This document shows positions 10,159 to 22,184 of a stretch of 64,000 bases of DNA, piece after piece (within the stretch, counting starts at the first letter, position 1; the number at the start of each line of letters is the position of its first letter). The DNA lies in the NCBI GenBank assembly GCA_010909165.1, contig MU008158.1, positions 707,478 to 771,477 on the forward strand, in the 5' to 3' direction. Made by a program: the position numbers and the translations under genes. Under the pieces are notes generated by a model. That model ran no database searches. It was not told where the DNA came from and saw nothing but the letters and a program-made list of their open reading frames with translations. The DNA comes from Anthoceros angustus (taxonomy: Eukaryota; Plantae; Anthocerotophyta).

Positions 10159-13100
10159 CACCTTAACCACGTCGCTGGTTAGAATTATCCCGGGGCGCGA
10201 AGTTAAAGTTATGTGGAACTAGGCAAGGAGGAAGTGTAATCCACCAAGCCCAAGGACTCCAAATGAAAACAATGCTTGTTGGTAGGTAAGCTTTTCGTAA
10301 GAATATTGGCGGTATTTAGCTCCGTGGGTATATAATCAATATGAATCACCTTGCGCTCCACAGATTGACGAACAAAGTGATGCTGAATCTCGATATGCTT
10401 GGTGCGGGCATGAAACCGAGGATTCCCAACAAGCGCAATAGTGGACATATTATCACAATAAATAGTCGTTGGAGCGGGTTGTGCAAAGCTCAAGCCAGAG
10501 AGGAAAGTTCGCTCCCACTCGGCTTCCTTAGCTGAATCGGTGAGTGCCTTATACTCTGCTTCGGTGGAGGAGAGTGCTACGGAGGCTTGCTTCTTTGAGC
10601 TCCAATTGACCGCAGTGCCGGAAATGAGAAAACAATAAGTCGAGATACTCCTACTGTCCGGATCATGCCCAATCGGCATCGATACCCTTGAATGATATTA
10701 GAATCCTCACTCCATTGTAGCATAACCCATAAGTGGATGTGCCCTTTAAATAAGGATGCGCTAATGTACCATCCAATGATCCCGGCCCGGTTCTCTAAAT
10801 ATTGTGAAACGGAGCTCACGGCGTGCTGAATATCCGGCCGTGTCCAGCATGCTATGTAGTTCAAACACCCAACCGCATGACGGTAAGGGACCGGCTCATA
10901 GCTGCTTTCCTCATCATCTTGTGGAGATTGCTCTATAGATAGCTTCCGACCCATCAGGCTCGTGTACTAACGGGTTTGGCATCCGCTAGGTTGAAGCACG
11001 GCGTCTCATTCACATACTTGGTTTGATGAAGAATCAAGATACGGTTTTCCCGCCACGCATGTCGAACACCAAGGACAAATGTGAGTCGATCTATGTCTTT
11101 CATGTCGAACGCTTGTGTAGCATACTTGACCCATTCCAAGTTCTCGATTATTAGAAGCTAAAATGGCGTGCCGACATATAGAGCCAAGATCACAATGTGG
11201 CCTCCTTTGGTATATATATACACATTGGCGCCACCGATTCGACAAAGCCAATGGATTTGAGGTATTTATCAATGCATTTATACCACTCCTGCGCTTTGCT
11301 TAAGCCCGAGAGAGTCTTCTTGAGCTTGCACCTCCCGGTGCTGGGGATCCACAAAGCCCTGCCGATCCATATAGATGTCTTCTTCTAACTCTCCAGTAAA
11401 AGCAGCTTGACACGTCCATCTGCTCAAGATCCCAATCACGCAAAGAAGGGCCAACATCATCTTGATGGATTGCGCCTTCACAACAGTAGGCTGAAAGTCT
11501 CATTGAAATCAACACCGCAACTTGAGAGAAGCCACGAGCTACCAAACGTGATTTGTAACGTGCTATCTCTCCTTGTGCATTTAATTTGTGCTTGAATACC
11601 CACTTGCAGCTCACGGTTTTCCTTCCAGCAGGTAGAGGACAGAGTTCCCATGTTTCATTTTTTATCAAAGAATCATATTCATCCTCGATTGATGGAATCC
11701 AATGATGCTTATCCTTCCCTGTGATTGCCTCTTTATATGTGCGAGGTTCTGCTGGATGAGAAGTGCTGGATGAAAAGACTTAACTGAGACGGGCAGAACG
11801 AGGTCGTCTAAAGTCCTCTGGCTCATATGGTTTATATTGCCAATTTTCTCTAGAAGGACGGGAACGGGTAGGGTATCTACGTTCTTCCTCTACAGCTGGT
11901 TGTGTAGGTAATGGGTCAGGCACTACAGTCACGGGTTCTGCACTAGGCACGTCTTCATCATCAGCAGGCTGTGGATCAGGACTGTCTGAATCAGATTCTA
12001 TAGCTACATCTGCTGGCTCTAAATCCTCACGAGCTTCTTCAAAACGTAAAGGAGCGAGGACAGCAGGTGAGTCAGGAAGTACACTACTTTGCTGCAAATG
12101 CTGTGGACTCTGTGGCTGAGATGGCTGAAAACGGCCGAGGTGATTGTGCACCTTTGTGGAGTCGACTCCGTGGAAATTTGCTGTCACTGGTTCGATCGAG
12201 AAACACTGCTGTGGATCGCTGCTGTAGATGCCGTGATCCACCTCAAGGGCTAGCATGAAATGTATTGGGAGAACAATCACTGGCAATTCATACACGGCAT
12301 CTTGTGGAAAATCCAAGGAGAATCATAAAAACAGAGTCATGTGGGAGCGTAACCAAAAATGGAGCAAAAGGCATTGAGGGTGATCTCCTTGAAGGTAACG
12401 CCTCCGCAAAAGAGAAGTTCGTGAAACCGGGTCATAAAGCTTATATGCTTTGATTTCCTTACCATAGCCCACAAAAATAAGGGGTCGTGCCCTGTCCTCA
12501 AGCTTTTTACGTTGTTCCTCATGTATGTAAGCATATCTTTGGAGAACCAAGACACGTAAGTGGAGTGCTAGGCTTCCTTTGCCAAAGAACTTGAAAGGAG
12601 TTCGATCTAAGACAAAAGCAGAGTGAGGAGGCGATTCAGGGATGTAGGTAGCCGTACTCGCCAAGATATGATTTGTGAAGGCCAGACCAAGCTAGCATAC
12701 TCCGAGTCATATTTAATAAAGTCTACATTAAGGCCGCGCAACGCCATTCGCCGAGTGTAGGGTATATACTACGCTTGTGATGCCTTGTGCAGAGGTACTC
12801 ATCAAACCGAGAGTTCACAAATTGCATCATTGTCTGAGCGAAGGCACTTAAGGTAACCCCTGCTTGTCGTTGAATCATGGTCACCATTCACGGAAGAAAG
12901 GAAAAGTATCCGACTTCTTCGTGGATACGCCCGAGTAACGCCGAGTCGCCGTGATGGTCAAGTAATAAAGAGATCCACCCAAGGACGAAACATGAATCTT
13001 GCCAGATATGTCGGCATGCACAAGATCAAGGACATGGCTGGTTCAAAGATGGGTGTTTGGGAAAGGAAGCTCCTTTTGTTTAGCCAGGACACAAGACTTG

Positions 13101-16100
13101 CAAAGGGGAAGCTCCTTAAAGCACCTAGGTAAGGGTTCACGATAGCACTCAAGATTTGACATTTTTATGAGCTTGTCTCTAGCGTGACCTAGACGAGCAT
13201 GCCACAATTGAGCTAGTGAAGCTTGTGATTTTTCAGCTATCCGAACACTCTTACGAACGCAACAGATGTCTAACTCAGACAGTCATCCTCAAGAATACCT
13301 CGAGCACGAACTGAGAACCCGTCGAGAAAGCAAGCAAGCAGAGGTGAAGGTAAGCTGAAAACGACGTAATTTCATGAGCTGACTAACCGACAGAAGGTGC
13401 TTGGCCATGTCAGTGACAAAAGCACGTTGTTGAGTTGGAGAAGCTCTCCATTTGTCTCTGCTGAAAGCAGGAGCCACGATCTGCACTGCTTCGTAAGCTC
13501 ATCCCAAGCAAAGACACGCCTGTGTAAAGGGGAACAAAATTGCTCAACAAAGAACGATTGTGGCGTATGTGTGTGGTGGCCCCTGAGTCGAGATACCAAG
13601 AGTCACAAGGTTTGGAAGCCGAAAGGCATGTTGTCATCACCACAGGTTGTCGATGTGAAGAGCTAGCCTGAGAAGGCTTATCCTTGGAGACATTATGGGC
13701 CTCAGCTTGTTTAGAAGTCTTCTCGGCCTTTTTAGGTTCTCCAGATTTCTTCTTACGGCACTCTCGTTCCTAGTGGCCTGGGGCACCGCACCAATTACAA
13801 GATCCAGCACGCTTTGTAGAGCTAGATTTGTTATCCTTGGCACCGCCACCGTGGAGAACGAGGTCCTTTGCCATTGCTTAGATTTGGAAAATAGCACCTT
13901 GTCGGGCTTTGGTTAGGCGGTGTTCCTGTCGGGTTTGTTCTTCTTGGTAAAGAGCTCGATTACTCCTATGAGACGACGAGGGTCAAGGTTGTCCTGCATA
14001 AGGCTCTACCAAGATCCCTAAGAGTGGCTTGGTAACTAGACACAAAGGTTGATAGTCGGGTGGAAGGCTTGTTAAAAGTCTACTCTGCATCAAGCTCGCT
14101 CATGGTACGCCAAGGGAAATGAATTGTGACCGAGTCAACTTGCCTACAAAGGTAGCCGCTTATCACCTTCACGCATGCGAAGAGAGACTCACTGCATGTA
14201 ACACATGGTGACCATGTTCTTCACGTCATAAGTGTCAGAAGTTTACATTTCCTCAAGACTTGTGAGGTAAGCAATGTCTCGTACAAGAACACCCCGGGCT
14301 ATGAGGAGAGCGCGGGCAACATTATTAGAGTGTGTCCATTTGTCCTGATCATACTGACTGGCATCAGCTGCAGGACGAGGAGTGCTCCCACACACCACGT
14401 CCCACACATGTCGAGCTTCAAGAGCAGTCCTCATGCGGACACTCCACATAGGATACCGCCCATTGAACCGGGTCTGCTCTTTTAAATTAAGTGAAGGTGC
14501 ACAAGCACGTATACATGTGTTGTCCAAGTCCTCCAAGGCCACAAGGTTCCCGAGGCTTCTGTGCAAAGGTTGGGCACCTTGCCCCTGCTCCGATGCCGGG
14601 TTGTAGTGGAGGTTGCCCCGCCGCCCAAGAAGCAGTGAGGTGTTCTCAAAAGCAAGAAGGTAAGGGTTGTGCGCTGAAACCGCTCCGACTCCAGTGCTGG
14701 ATTTCCGCCCAACCCCGGCCAGTAGGAATGGCAGCCCAACTCGCTGGCGGAGCTCAAATCCAGCCCCTAGAGGCGCAGAGGTTGAGAAATCCGACCCGAG
14801 GGTCCGGAGGAAGAGTTAGCCACTGCTCCTTGAGCTTGCGCTGATGCAACTTGTTACGGCGCCAAGAGGCCGGAGAGGTGGTGAAAGTTGTGGCGGTGCT
14901 GCAAAGCAGCAAGAGGAGGCTGGCCAGTCACCGATCCAACTGCCTCGCCTTGCTCTATGTCCCGGTTTGATGTGGATCCAGTGTTGTGGAGGGCCTGTGC
15001 GACATGGTAGGGGTAGGGCTCAGGCCATCTGTGATGCGCCTCGACAGCTCAAATTGTGTGTGGAGGTGTGGAGAATGGGAAAGGGCGTTCAAAGGCGGCT
15101 ATGGAAGAGGCGTGTGAATATATGCAACCATACGTCGTGGGCCGAGGTGGGGGCAGTTACATGAAGGGTAAGCTCGCCCTTCAATTTTCTTTGCTCACGC
15201 CCCATCGATGCAGTGCACGCCGCCCGGTGATCTGCGCTGACCTAACCCGAATCCACCCCTTGCATGCGAGTTGGTGTCGCTTGGTCTGCTATGCTCGACG
15301 CTCACGCCTCGTTGCAAAGGATTTGCTCACGGAAGCTTGAAGTGGCTAGAGATCTTCGTAAAATTGAAGGAGCTCGGCCCTTCGATGCTGAATCCAGGCC
15401 GAAAGTGTCTCTGAATTGCTTGCATAGGGTTTGCATATCAAACGCAAGCTCTTCCACCCGCGAGCTCAATTGAGCAATTTCCTCCTTGAGCCCAATTAGC
15501 CAGAACTTCATCTGCAGTTCGTGGCCAGTATTGTTGCCTACAAAATGGAAAGGCTCGAGATGCTCGAGAGTGTCTTCAGGTCTGTGGCGAGGAGATCTGT
15601 GTGGGTGGAGATGTCTATGTCGCTCACAATACTCGGTGGGTAGTCTTGGATTAAATCTCGCTGATGACGATGAGGGCAGGGGCTGGCTGTTTCTCACACG
15701 TGTTGTGTTGTTTATTGTTGCAGGAACACGTCCAGCCACCAGTTGTGGCCTTGGAGCCTGGTGAGAGAACTCAACGTTCCTTGAAGCACGGGAACTAGAT
15801 TGCCACTGCTACCGCATCTTCGTGGATCCGAACCCAAGTAGCCAGCTTTGTGCAAATGGAAATTAGTGTAGAATTTCGATTTTTAACTCCTATGTAAGTT
15901 GCAAAAGTAAGGTGTGTTGTGCACACAACCGAGAAGCCATAGAATTTGTGGCTTCTACGTAGCGTGCTCAATTATACTTCTCGCCTTCTCTCATCCAAGT
16001 TACTAGGAGTAGATTAGCATAAAAATGCTAGGTTGAAGACATGATATCACATGCTCGATAGCAATTTGATTAAGTCGAGTATTATACAATCCATATTCCA

Positions 16101-16200
16101 TTTTTTGAAATATGGATAATGTACAAAATTCTGATTTGACCGTCTTCTAGCAATTACATGTGCATAGTAGTGTAAAACTAGAAAGGATCAGAACACATGT

Positions 16201-16212
16201 GCTCTGATACCA
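16201..16212 (-). promoter_or_regulatory. tRNA-iMet primer-binding site
   Basis: Minus strand reads TGGTATCAGAGC immediately after the 5' LTR. Confidence 0.95.
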
Positions 16213-16390
16213 TGTAAATAATGGCAAGCGTGGCTAGCTAGAGCAGTGAGCGAGAGCAAAACACTTGCACAGAAAAACTTATCAAATAAATGTGAAAGTG
16301 TAGCTTAAATACAATGAATAAATAATTGTTCATATAAAGCTAACCTAACCCTAACTTAAGTAACCAGCAAATGTGGTTATCAATTTAACA
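16213..16390 (-). repeat. 5' LTR of the Copia element
   Basis: Direct repeat of 9981-10158, adjacent to the PBS. Confidence 0.95.
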
Positions 16391-17125
16391 TCTTCCGAGT
16401 GTGTGGGGCAAGTACAATTTTGCCCCTTCCTCCAGCTCCGCGGGGTGGCGCCCTGATTCCCCTCATCATCTAGGTAACCGTGCCCCCTTTCGCCCACTTA
16501 GGCGCCCTTTCTTCCAGCCCCCGCCTCCTGGCCGCGCTCCTTCTTCAATCACCCTACCGCGGTAGTCTGGCAGACTACCGGGGTAGCCTGACTACCTACA
16601 ATGGTAGTCTGGTCCCCTTCTCCTTTCTTCCTTCCTTTTCATTGGCGATGACCCTTGGGTTGGAATCCTCTTTGCTCCTTTCCTCCTGTTTGGTTTGTCC
16701 ATACCTATCATGGAGCATCTTCAAAGAGTCTTCATCCCCCATTTGCTGGTTGATGTCGCTATTAACGCCTCCGGGCCCTTTTCGCGTTGGTCTCCTCTCC
16801 TGGCCCGGGCTCTTCCCTTATTCGTGGGGTGAGGAACTTCTCACCCTCCCCTTCCTCGGACGGGACACCCCTTGTCTTCCACCGTGAGGTTTGCTTCTCC
16901 CACCGCCTCGTCTCCTTCTCGAGGGGGTATGCCACCGGACCCCCCGGCTCCTTCAGCCACAGCCAGGCCTTCACGGCCCGACTCCCTCAGCCCTCGCGGG
17001 TACCTTTCACCTGAGTCCAGTAGACTACCATGAGGGTGGGGTCACCACGGTAGTCTGGCAGACTATCGTGGTAGGGTGGTCACCTACCGTGGTAGGGTGA
17101 CCCCCTGTGAGGGCGGGCTGTCCCC
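16391..17125 (-). repeat. Family B LTR-like repeat, proximal part
   Basis: Reverse complement of about 3280-3840 (e.g. TTGCCCCTTCCTCCAGC vs GCTGGAGGAAGGGGCAA). Shares the CTACC(A/G)TGGTAG palindromic motifs. Confidence 0.7.
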
Positions 17126-18289
17126 CCTCCTTGCTCTACGCACCATCTTCCCCCCTTGGCGCAGCTGCCTCTCCTCAGCCACTCATTCAGTCAACTTGCT
17201 CACCTGTCTTTCCATCCTCAGCCACTAGTTTGTCTTTCCCTTTCCAGCTGTGTCGTACTTCATCCTCAAATTGCAACTTACCTTGCTTCCAATCTGGGGA
17301 CACAAGCCACATATTATCAGAATACCACTATAAGAGCTGTTATGCAAGCTGAAGATAAAAGTACCTGTTGTGAACTTATGAAGTTCTTCTGCATTTTTGG
17401 GTTAGCAAAGCCTCCATTGCTCAAGCATCTTGCTCTCCAGCTAGGGCTCCCCAAACATACAGGCACTTGGTCGTAAGGCAGTTGCTGGAGCCTGTTCATG
17501 GCGTTTTGATATTTCAGGGGGCAGATGCAAGGGCACCACCAACACAGCTCATTTCCTAGAGTTTCTCTTTTCCTCTTGGCCATGATGAGCTTGCAGGCAT
17601 AGGTGGATATTCTCTTCCTGGCGTTTCCTCCCTGCAGCATTCCTTCTCGCCAGACAGGGGCGCCCCCGATGAGCTCCTCTCCTCTCCATTTCCAGCAGCA
17701 GGCGCAGCACCAACAACCCTTCGTCCTGCATCAAGGCATTGGCTCAGATTTTTCATCCTTTCCACAAATGTATTGGAGGCAAATCTACCACGCAGATCTC
17801 TATTCTGAGTAGCAGATGGATGGGCGCCTACAACAATTGTGGATTCCCTCGGCATGCGTCAAGATGGCGTCGCTGGCAGGCTGGTCGCCATAAGGTCATG
17901 CACGCCGCTGCTATGCACCCCTGTGTGAAGGGACGGACGGGGGCCAACCGTTTGGCCCCGCCTGTCTTAAGTTTCCCTTTCTTTTTTATTTTTCCTTTTT
18001 ATCTATTTAAAAAGTATTTTCCTTTTATAAAAAACTTAAAATTTCTTTATGCTTTTAAGTTAACTTTTACCTAAGATCTAGTTTTCGGATTTAGGCCTAT
18101 TTTGGCTCATTTAGAAGCCAGTAAAATGCTTTATTTAATCACCCTCGGTTCTAGGTGAGTGGGAGTGAGATATATTAGGTCTAGGGCACTATTCACTAGG
18201 GCACCTTTACTTAATCATTATTTTATGCCTAGGCACTAAGTAGTTTCCTTAGAGTCTCACCTCTTTCTCCTTCAGTGGGAGCTAAAAAC

Positions 18290-20188
18290 TTTGGCAATCT
18301 TATTCCTCTTCCTGACGAGGATTCTGATTATTCTTTCTTTGATGATAGTGATACCGTCACTCACTTCCCTATTTCTGTTTCACGTGTTCCTTTAGTTGAA
18401 CCTCTTATGCAAGAGGAGGAGGAGTTAGCACTCATTCCGTGACCTGACACACCTGCGTCAAACACTGCAGAACCTCAACATTTTGAGGACATACCTGATG
18501 ACCCCGATGATTTGTTTTCAGATGAACTTGATCCTGCTCAGTATGATGAAGCACCTGATTCACCAACTCAGGATTCACCTCCCAAACCAGATGTAGAAGA
18601 TGTAAAAGATGCACAACCTGCTTCAAGGTACAACTTGCGAACATGACCCACTATTTCACGCCGTGCAGGATGGAAACAACCTCGCTTAGGATACCTTGCT
18701 GCTTTAGATGATCATATTCCCCCTGAATCGCCTTACCTTTAAGCTGTATTTAAGGCTACAGCTGATCCTGAATAGCCTCTTACTCTAAACCAAGCTTTTA
18801 CCTCACCTGAAAAGGACCTGTGGAAAGTAGTTGTAGATTTTGAGTACAATTTCTTAGTTAAAAACTCCACATGAGAATTAGTCAGATTACCCAAGGGTAG
18901 GAAGATTGTGACAAGTAAGTGGGTGTATAAAATAAAAAGAGAGGGGGATGGTTCTATTGAGCACTACAAAGCGCGTCTAGTGGCTAGAGGGTTTACTCAA
19001 ATTCTAGGTTTAGATTATTTACCCTATGCCACATATGCTCTAGTAGCTAAGTTTGCCTCCCTTAGAATGATCTTTGCTTTAACCGCCCAACATGACCTTC
19101 ACCTTCACATGATGGACGTGAAGACAACTTATTTGTGTGGACGTATTCAAGAAGAAAACTACATGAGACAACCTGAGGGTTATGAGGTTAAGGGCAAGGA
19201 GGACGGGGTATTCAAACTCATTAAATGTATCTATGGCCTGAAACAATCAGGCAAGGAATGGAATGTCACCATATATGTTAAGTTAGTCAAAAGAGGCTTC
19301 AGACGCAGCAAGGCAAATGCTAGCATGTATATCTTAATATCAGAAAATGATATACTTTACCTCCTACTCTATGTTGATGACCTATTTATGGCTTCATCAT
19401 CAGCATCTCTCCTAGCCGAAATTAAGGCTGGGTTAAGAGGTCATTTTGAGATGACTGCTCTTGGAGAGATGACATATGCACTCGGTGTTAATATTATTCG
19501 AGATAAGATTAATAAAACCTTGAGTAAAGTCTCTTTGGGATCGCATTCTGGTGCACAAGTCCAAGATTTGTATCACATTTTCCTGTCCGTGGGCTCTAGG
19601 CCACCTTAGATGGTAGCTGCTGGATTAGCCTGCAGCTTAGTGGCCTAGTTACTTTAGTTTTTTTACTTATGTTGAACTAATAGCATCTGGGCACGACTAT
19701 CTATGGTGCTTGGCAGCGCGATACGTGCTTAGTGCACTTGAGCGTAAGCTTGGGACGTAAAGGCCGATGCGCGAGAAAGGACTCACACGAACAAGAGCTA
19801 CTAGGAAGTGAAGATGAGGGACGTAGGGAAGGGTTTTAGGGTTAAACCTCCGCTCGCATAGCTTAAGAGGGAGTGTTAAGAAAAAAAGTTATTTAATCTA
19901 CCCTTGATTAGGTTGAAGTCCTATTATGTTAGGGTTATATTTTGAAAGGACACAATGCTATACATATATACAGTTTTGAGTTGTCACTTAATTAATGAAT
20001 CTTTTGTGTGGACTAGACCTAAGCTCTTGCTATCAAGATCTCCGAAACTTGTCACCTAATTCTACTTATCAAATTCCTGCCTACGTGTATATGCTGCGTT
20101 ACGACAACGCCCATCTAAGCGCTCGTGTTAGTTACTCCGGTATGCCCAACCCACTCAAATTGAGTGTTTTGATCCATGTTCTTTAACA
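18290..20188 (+). mobile_element. Truncated Ty1/Copia remnant: linker, partial RT, PPT and 3' LTR
   Basis: ORF 18908-19609 encodes SKWVYKIK..YKARLVARGFTQ, YGLKQSGKEW and LLYVDDL. The upstream linker has in-frame stops and RNase H is missing. PPT AAGAGGGAG is followed by an LTR TGTTA...TAACA at 19874-20188. Confidence 0.85.
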
Positions 20189-22184
20189 TTGTGCACATTT
20201 TTTGTATAACACTAGTTTTTGTTATGGTTTCCTTTTGTTGCAAATGCTATCTCTACATTATTAAAAAAATAACTAATTTTTTTTACCTATATATTCTGTC
20301 AAAACATGATAGATTCTTCGAAAAAACTCACAAATCCTTCAAGAAATGGAAGCTATTACTACGTGGAGACTAACTTGATGGTCCACAATATTAGTGCGAT
20401 ATAAAGTTCTTTTTTTGAATTATGTGCCATATTTTTTGCAAAAAAAAAACATTTTAACAAGTACCCTTTCTTAAAATATATTATTTTTATTTTATTCCTG
20501 GAATAACATGAGGCACGCAGTTTAAGAAACGGCCTTTCCAATAAGAACCTAAATCATCATATATGGGTACCTAGGTAATAATGGCTCCCATTTCTTAGGG
20601 GTTTTTGAGTTTCTTTATTTCGCATTTCGACTATATATTGTTCAAAAGTTTTTAATTATGTTTTATAAGGTAGCGAGAAAAATTACCACAAAAGACAATG
20701 TCACCATGAAAAGTGTCATATAGAAGTTATAAAGATATTATGTATAATGTTAAAGAATATAAATCAAAAGAATTGATTTGAATGGTTGGGCATTATGTGG
20801 TTTAGTTTAAGGTTAATGCTCAAGGCATAACCTTGCCCTCGCACGGCTACTTGGTTGGAAAGAAATTGAAATGAATTGAAAGAGGATCTTGCACTTTGTA
20901 GTTTCATACTTGAAAAGGGAAATCCGTATGGCGTACCGATCTCGTCACATTCAAAGTTGTTATAAGTTTTATTTTTTTTATGGTGAGTTGGAGCATCAGC
21001 TGGCGCGATTCAACAAGCTAGATCTCCGGCATGGCGAACCGTGGCAGCTAGTGCTCCAACAGTCTTAATTAGCCTGATGGACAAACCGCGATAGGCCCAG
21101 CATTGGCGGCACCGAATTCCACTTTCTCCTTGCTCGAACATCAGGGCCAGGTCATGCGTCTCATTTCCTTCGACCGCCCTACGTAACAAACGGATAGTGC
21201 CCCATGCCACTCATGAGGGTTTAATGACCATTCTTCCTGTAAGAGCATCCTCGCATAGCTGAGCTTAGGTGCCTGTTGGACCTGGGCTGGCAAAGCACGG
21301 CTGCTGAGGTGATGCAAATAAAACTCTCTGCGAGTGACTGAAGCCCGTAGTGATGTTGAGCGCTCATCGAATACGCCAGAAGAACTGTGTGCGGACATGA
21401 GGGAGGCGCCGGAGGCGAGCTACAAAGGGCGAGAGCATATACTGCCGCTTTGAGGCCAGGGCAGGCCTTATCACAGCACAAACTACCACTTTGCAACCTG
21501 GAGGCTTGCGATCAGCCTACCCTGCCCTCCATGGGCTGGGTGTTGTAGAGATCGATCTGCCTAGCAACCGATGGGCCTTGATCGGCCGCTAAGCCTGATC
21601 AGGCGGAGTTGGAACTCCAGCTCCGCCCAATCCACCAAGCCGGAGCTCCAGCTGGCCGGACCGAACTAGCCGGTGCTGCACCTCATTATCAACTTCGTAT
21701 GTGATGAGATGGGTACGCCATAAACCGCCGCGTATCTCTCCAGCTAGTTCTTCTAATCGGTAGAAACAGCCCAATATTTTGACCTACTAAAAATGTGGCC
21801 ATATGAGTTTAAATTACGTAATCTAGTACTTCCGTACAGATCTTTTGAGTGTGGCATACTGGCTGGTTATTACTATTATTATTACTCATGAAACGGATCC
21901 TTTACACTACCCGGATTGTCGAGAAGCTGGATATTGGGAGTTTAGGCAAGGTGGTAGGTACACAACGCGGATGCAGGTAGTCCTAATTGTGACCTTTTAA
22001 GCGTAGTCCCCGTGCACTGCGACCCATGCTAGACGACAGCGTGTGAAGCTCGCAGTCCAGGTGCGAGCTGCTGGCGAGCTGGGTTTGGCGATCCGTTCGA
22101 AGAGAGTAGTGCTTTGCAGGATGGACTGAGGGTACATGATGCTCATCACGGTCTACTATCTTCCACCTCTTGACCTAGGGGGTA

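Larger units (their letters stand above)
9981..16390 (-). mobile_element. Full-length Ty1/Copia LTR retrotransposon (6.41 kb)
   Basis: Two 178-bp TG...CA LTRs, a TCTTC target-site duplication (9976-9980 and 16391-16395) and a tRNA-iMet PBS. Domains in Copia order: gag (YPMWSVRMRTALEARHVWDVV), WYLDSGATTH protease, integrase, RT (CKWVFKHK..YKSRLVARGFSQ) and RNase H (VALSSTEAEY, KHIEIQHHF). Many frameshifts. Confidence 0.95.

Noticed and set aside
17130-17900. Cys-rich short ORFs as a transposase fragment
   Set aside because: No recognisable catalytic or family motif was found.
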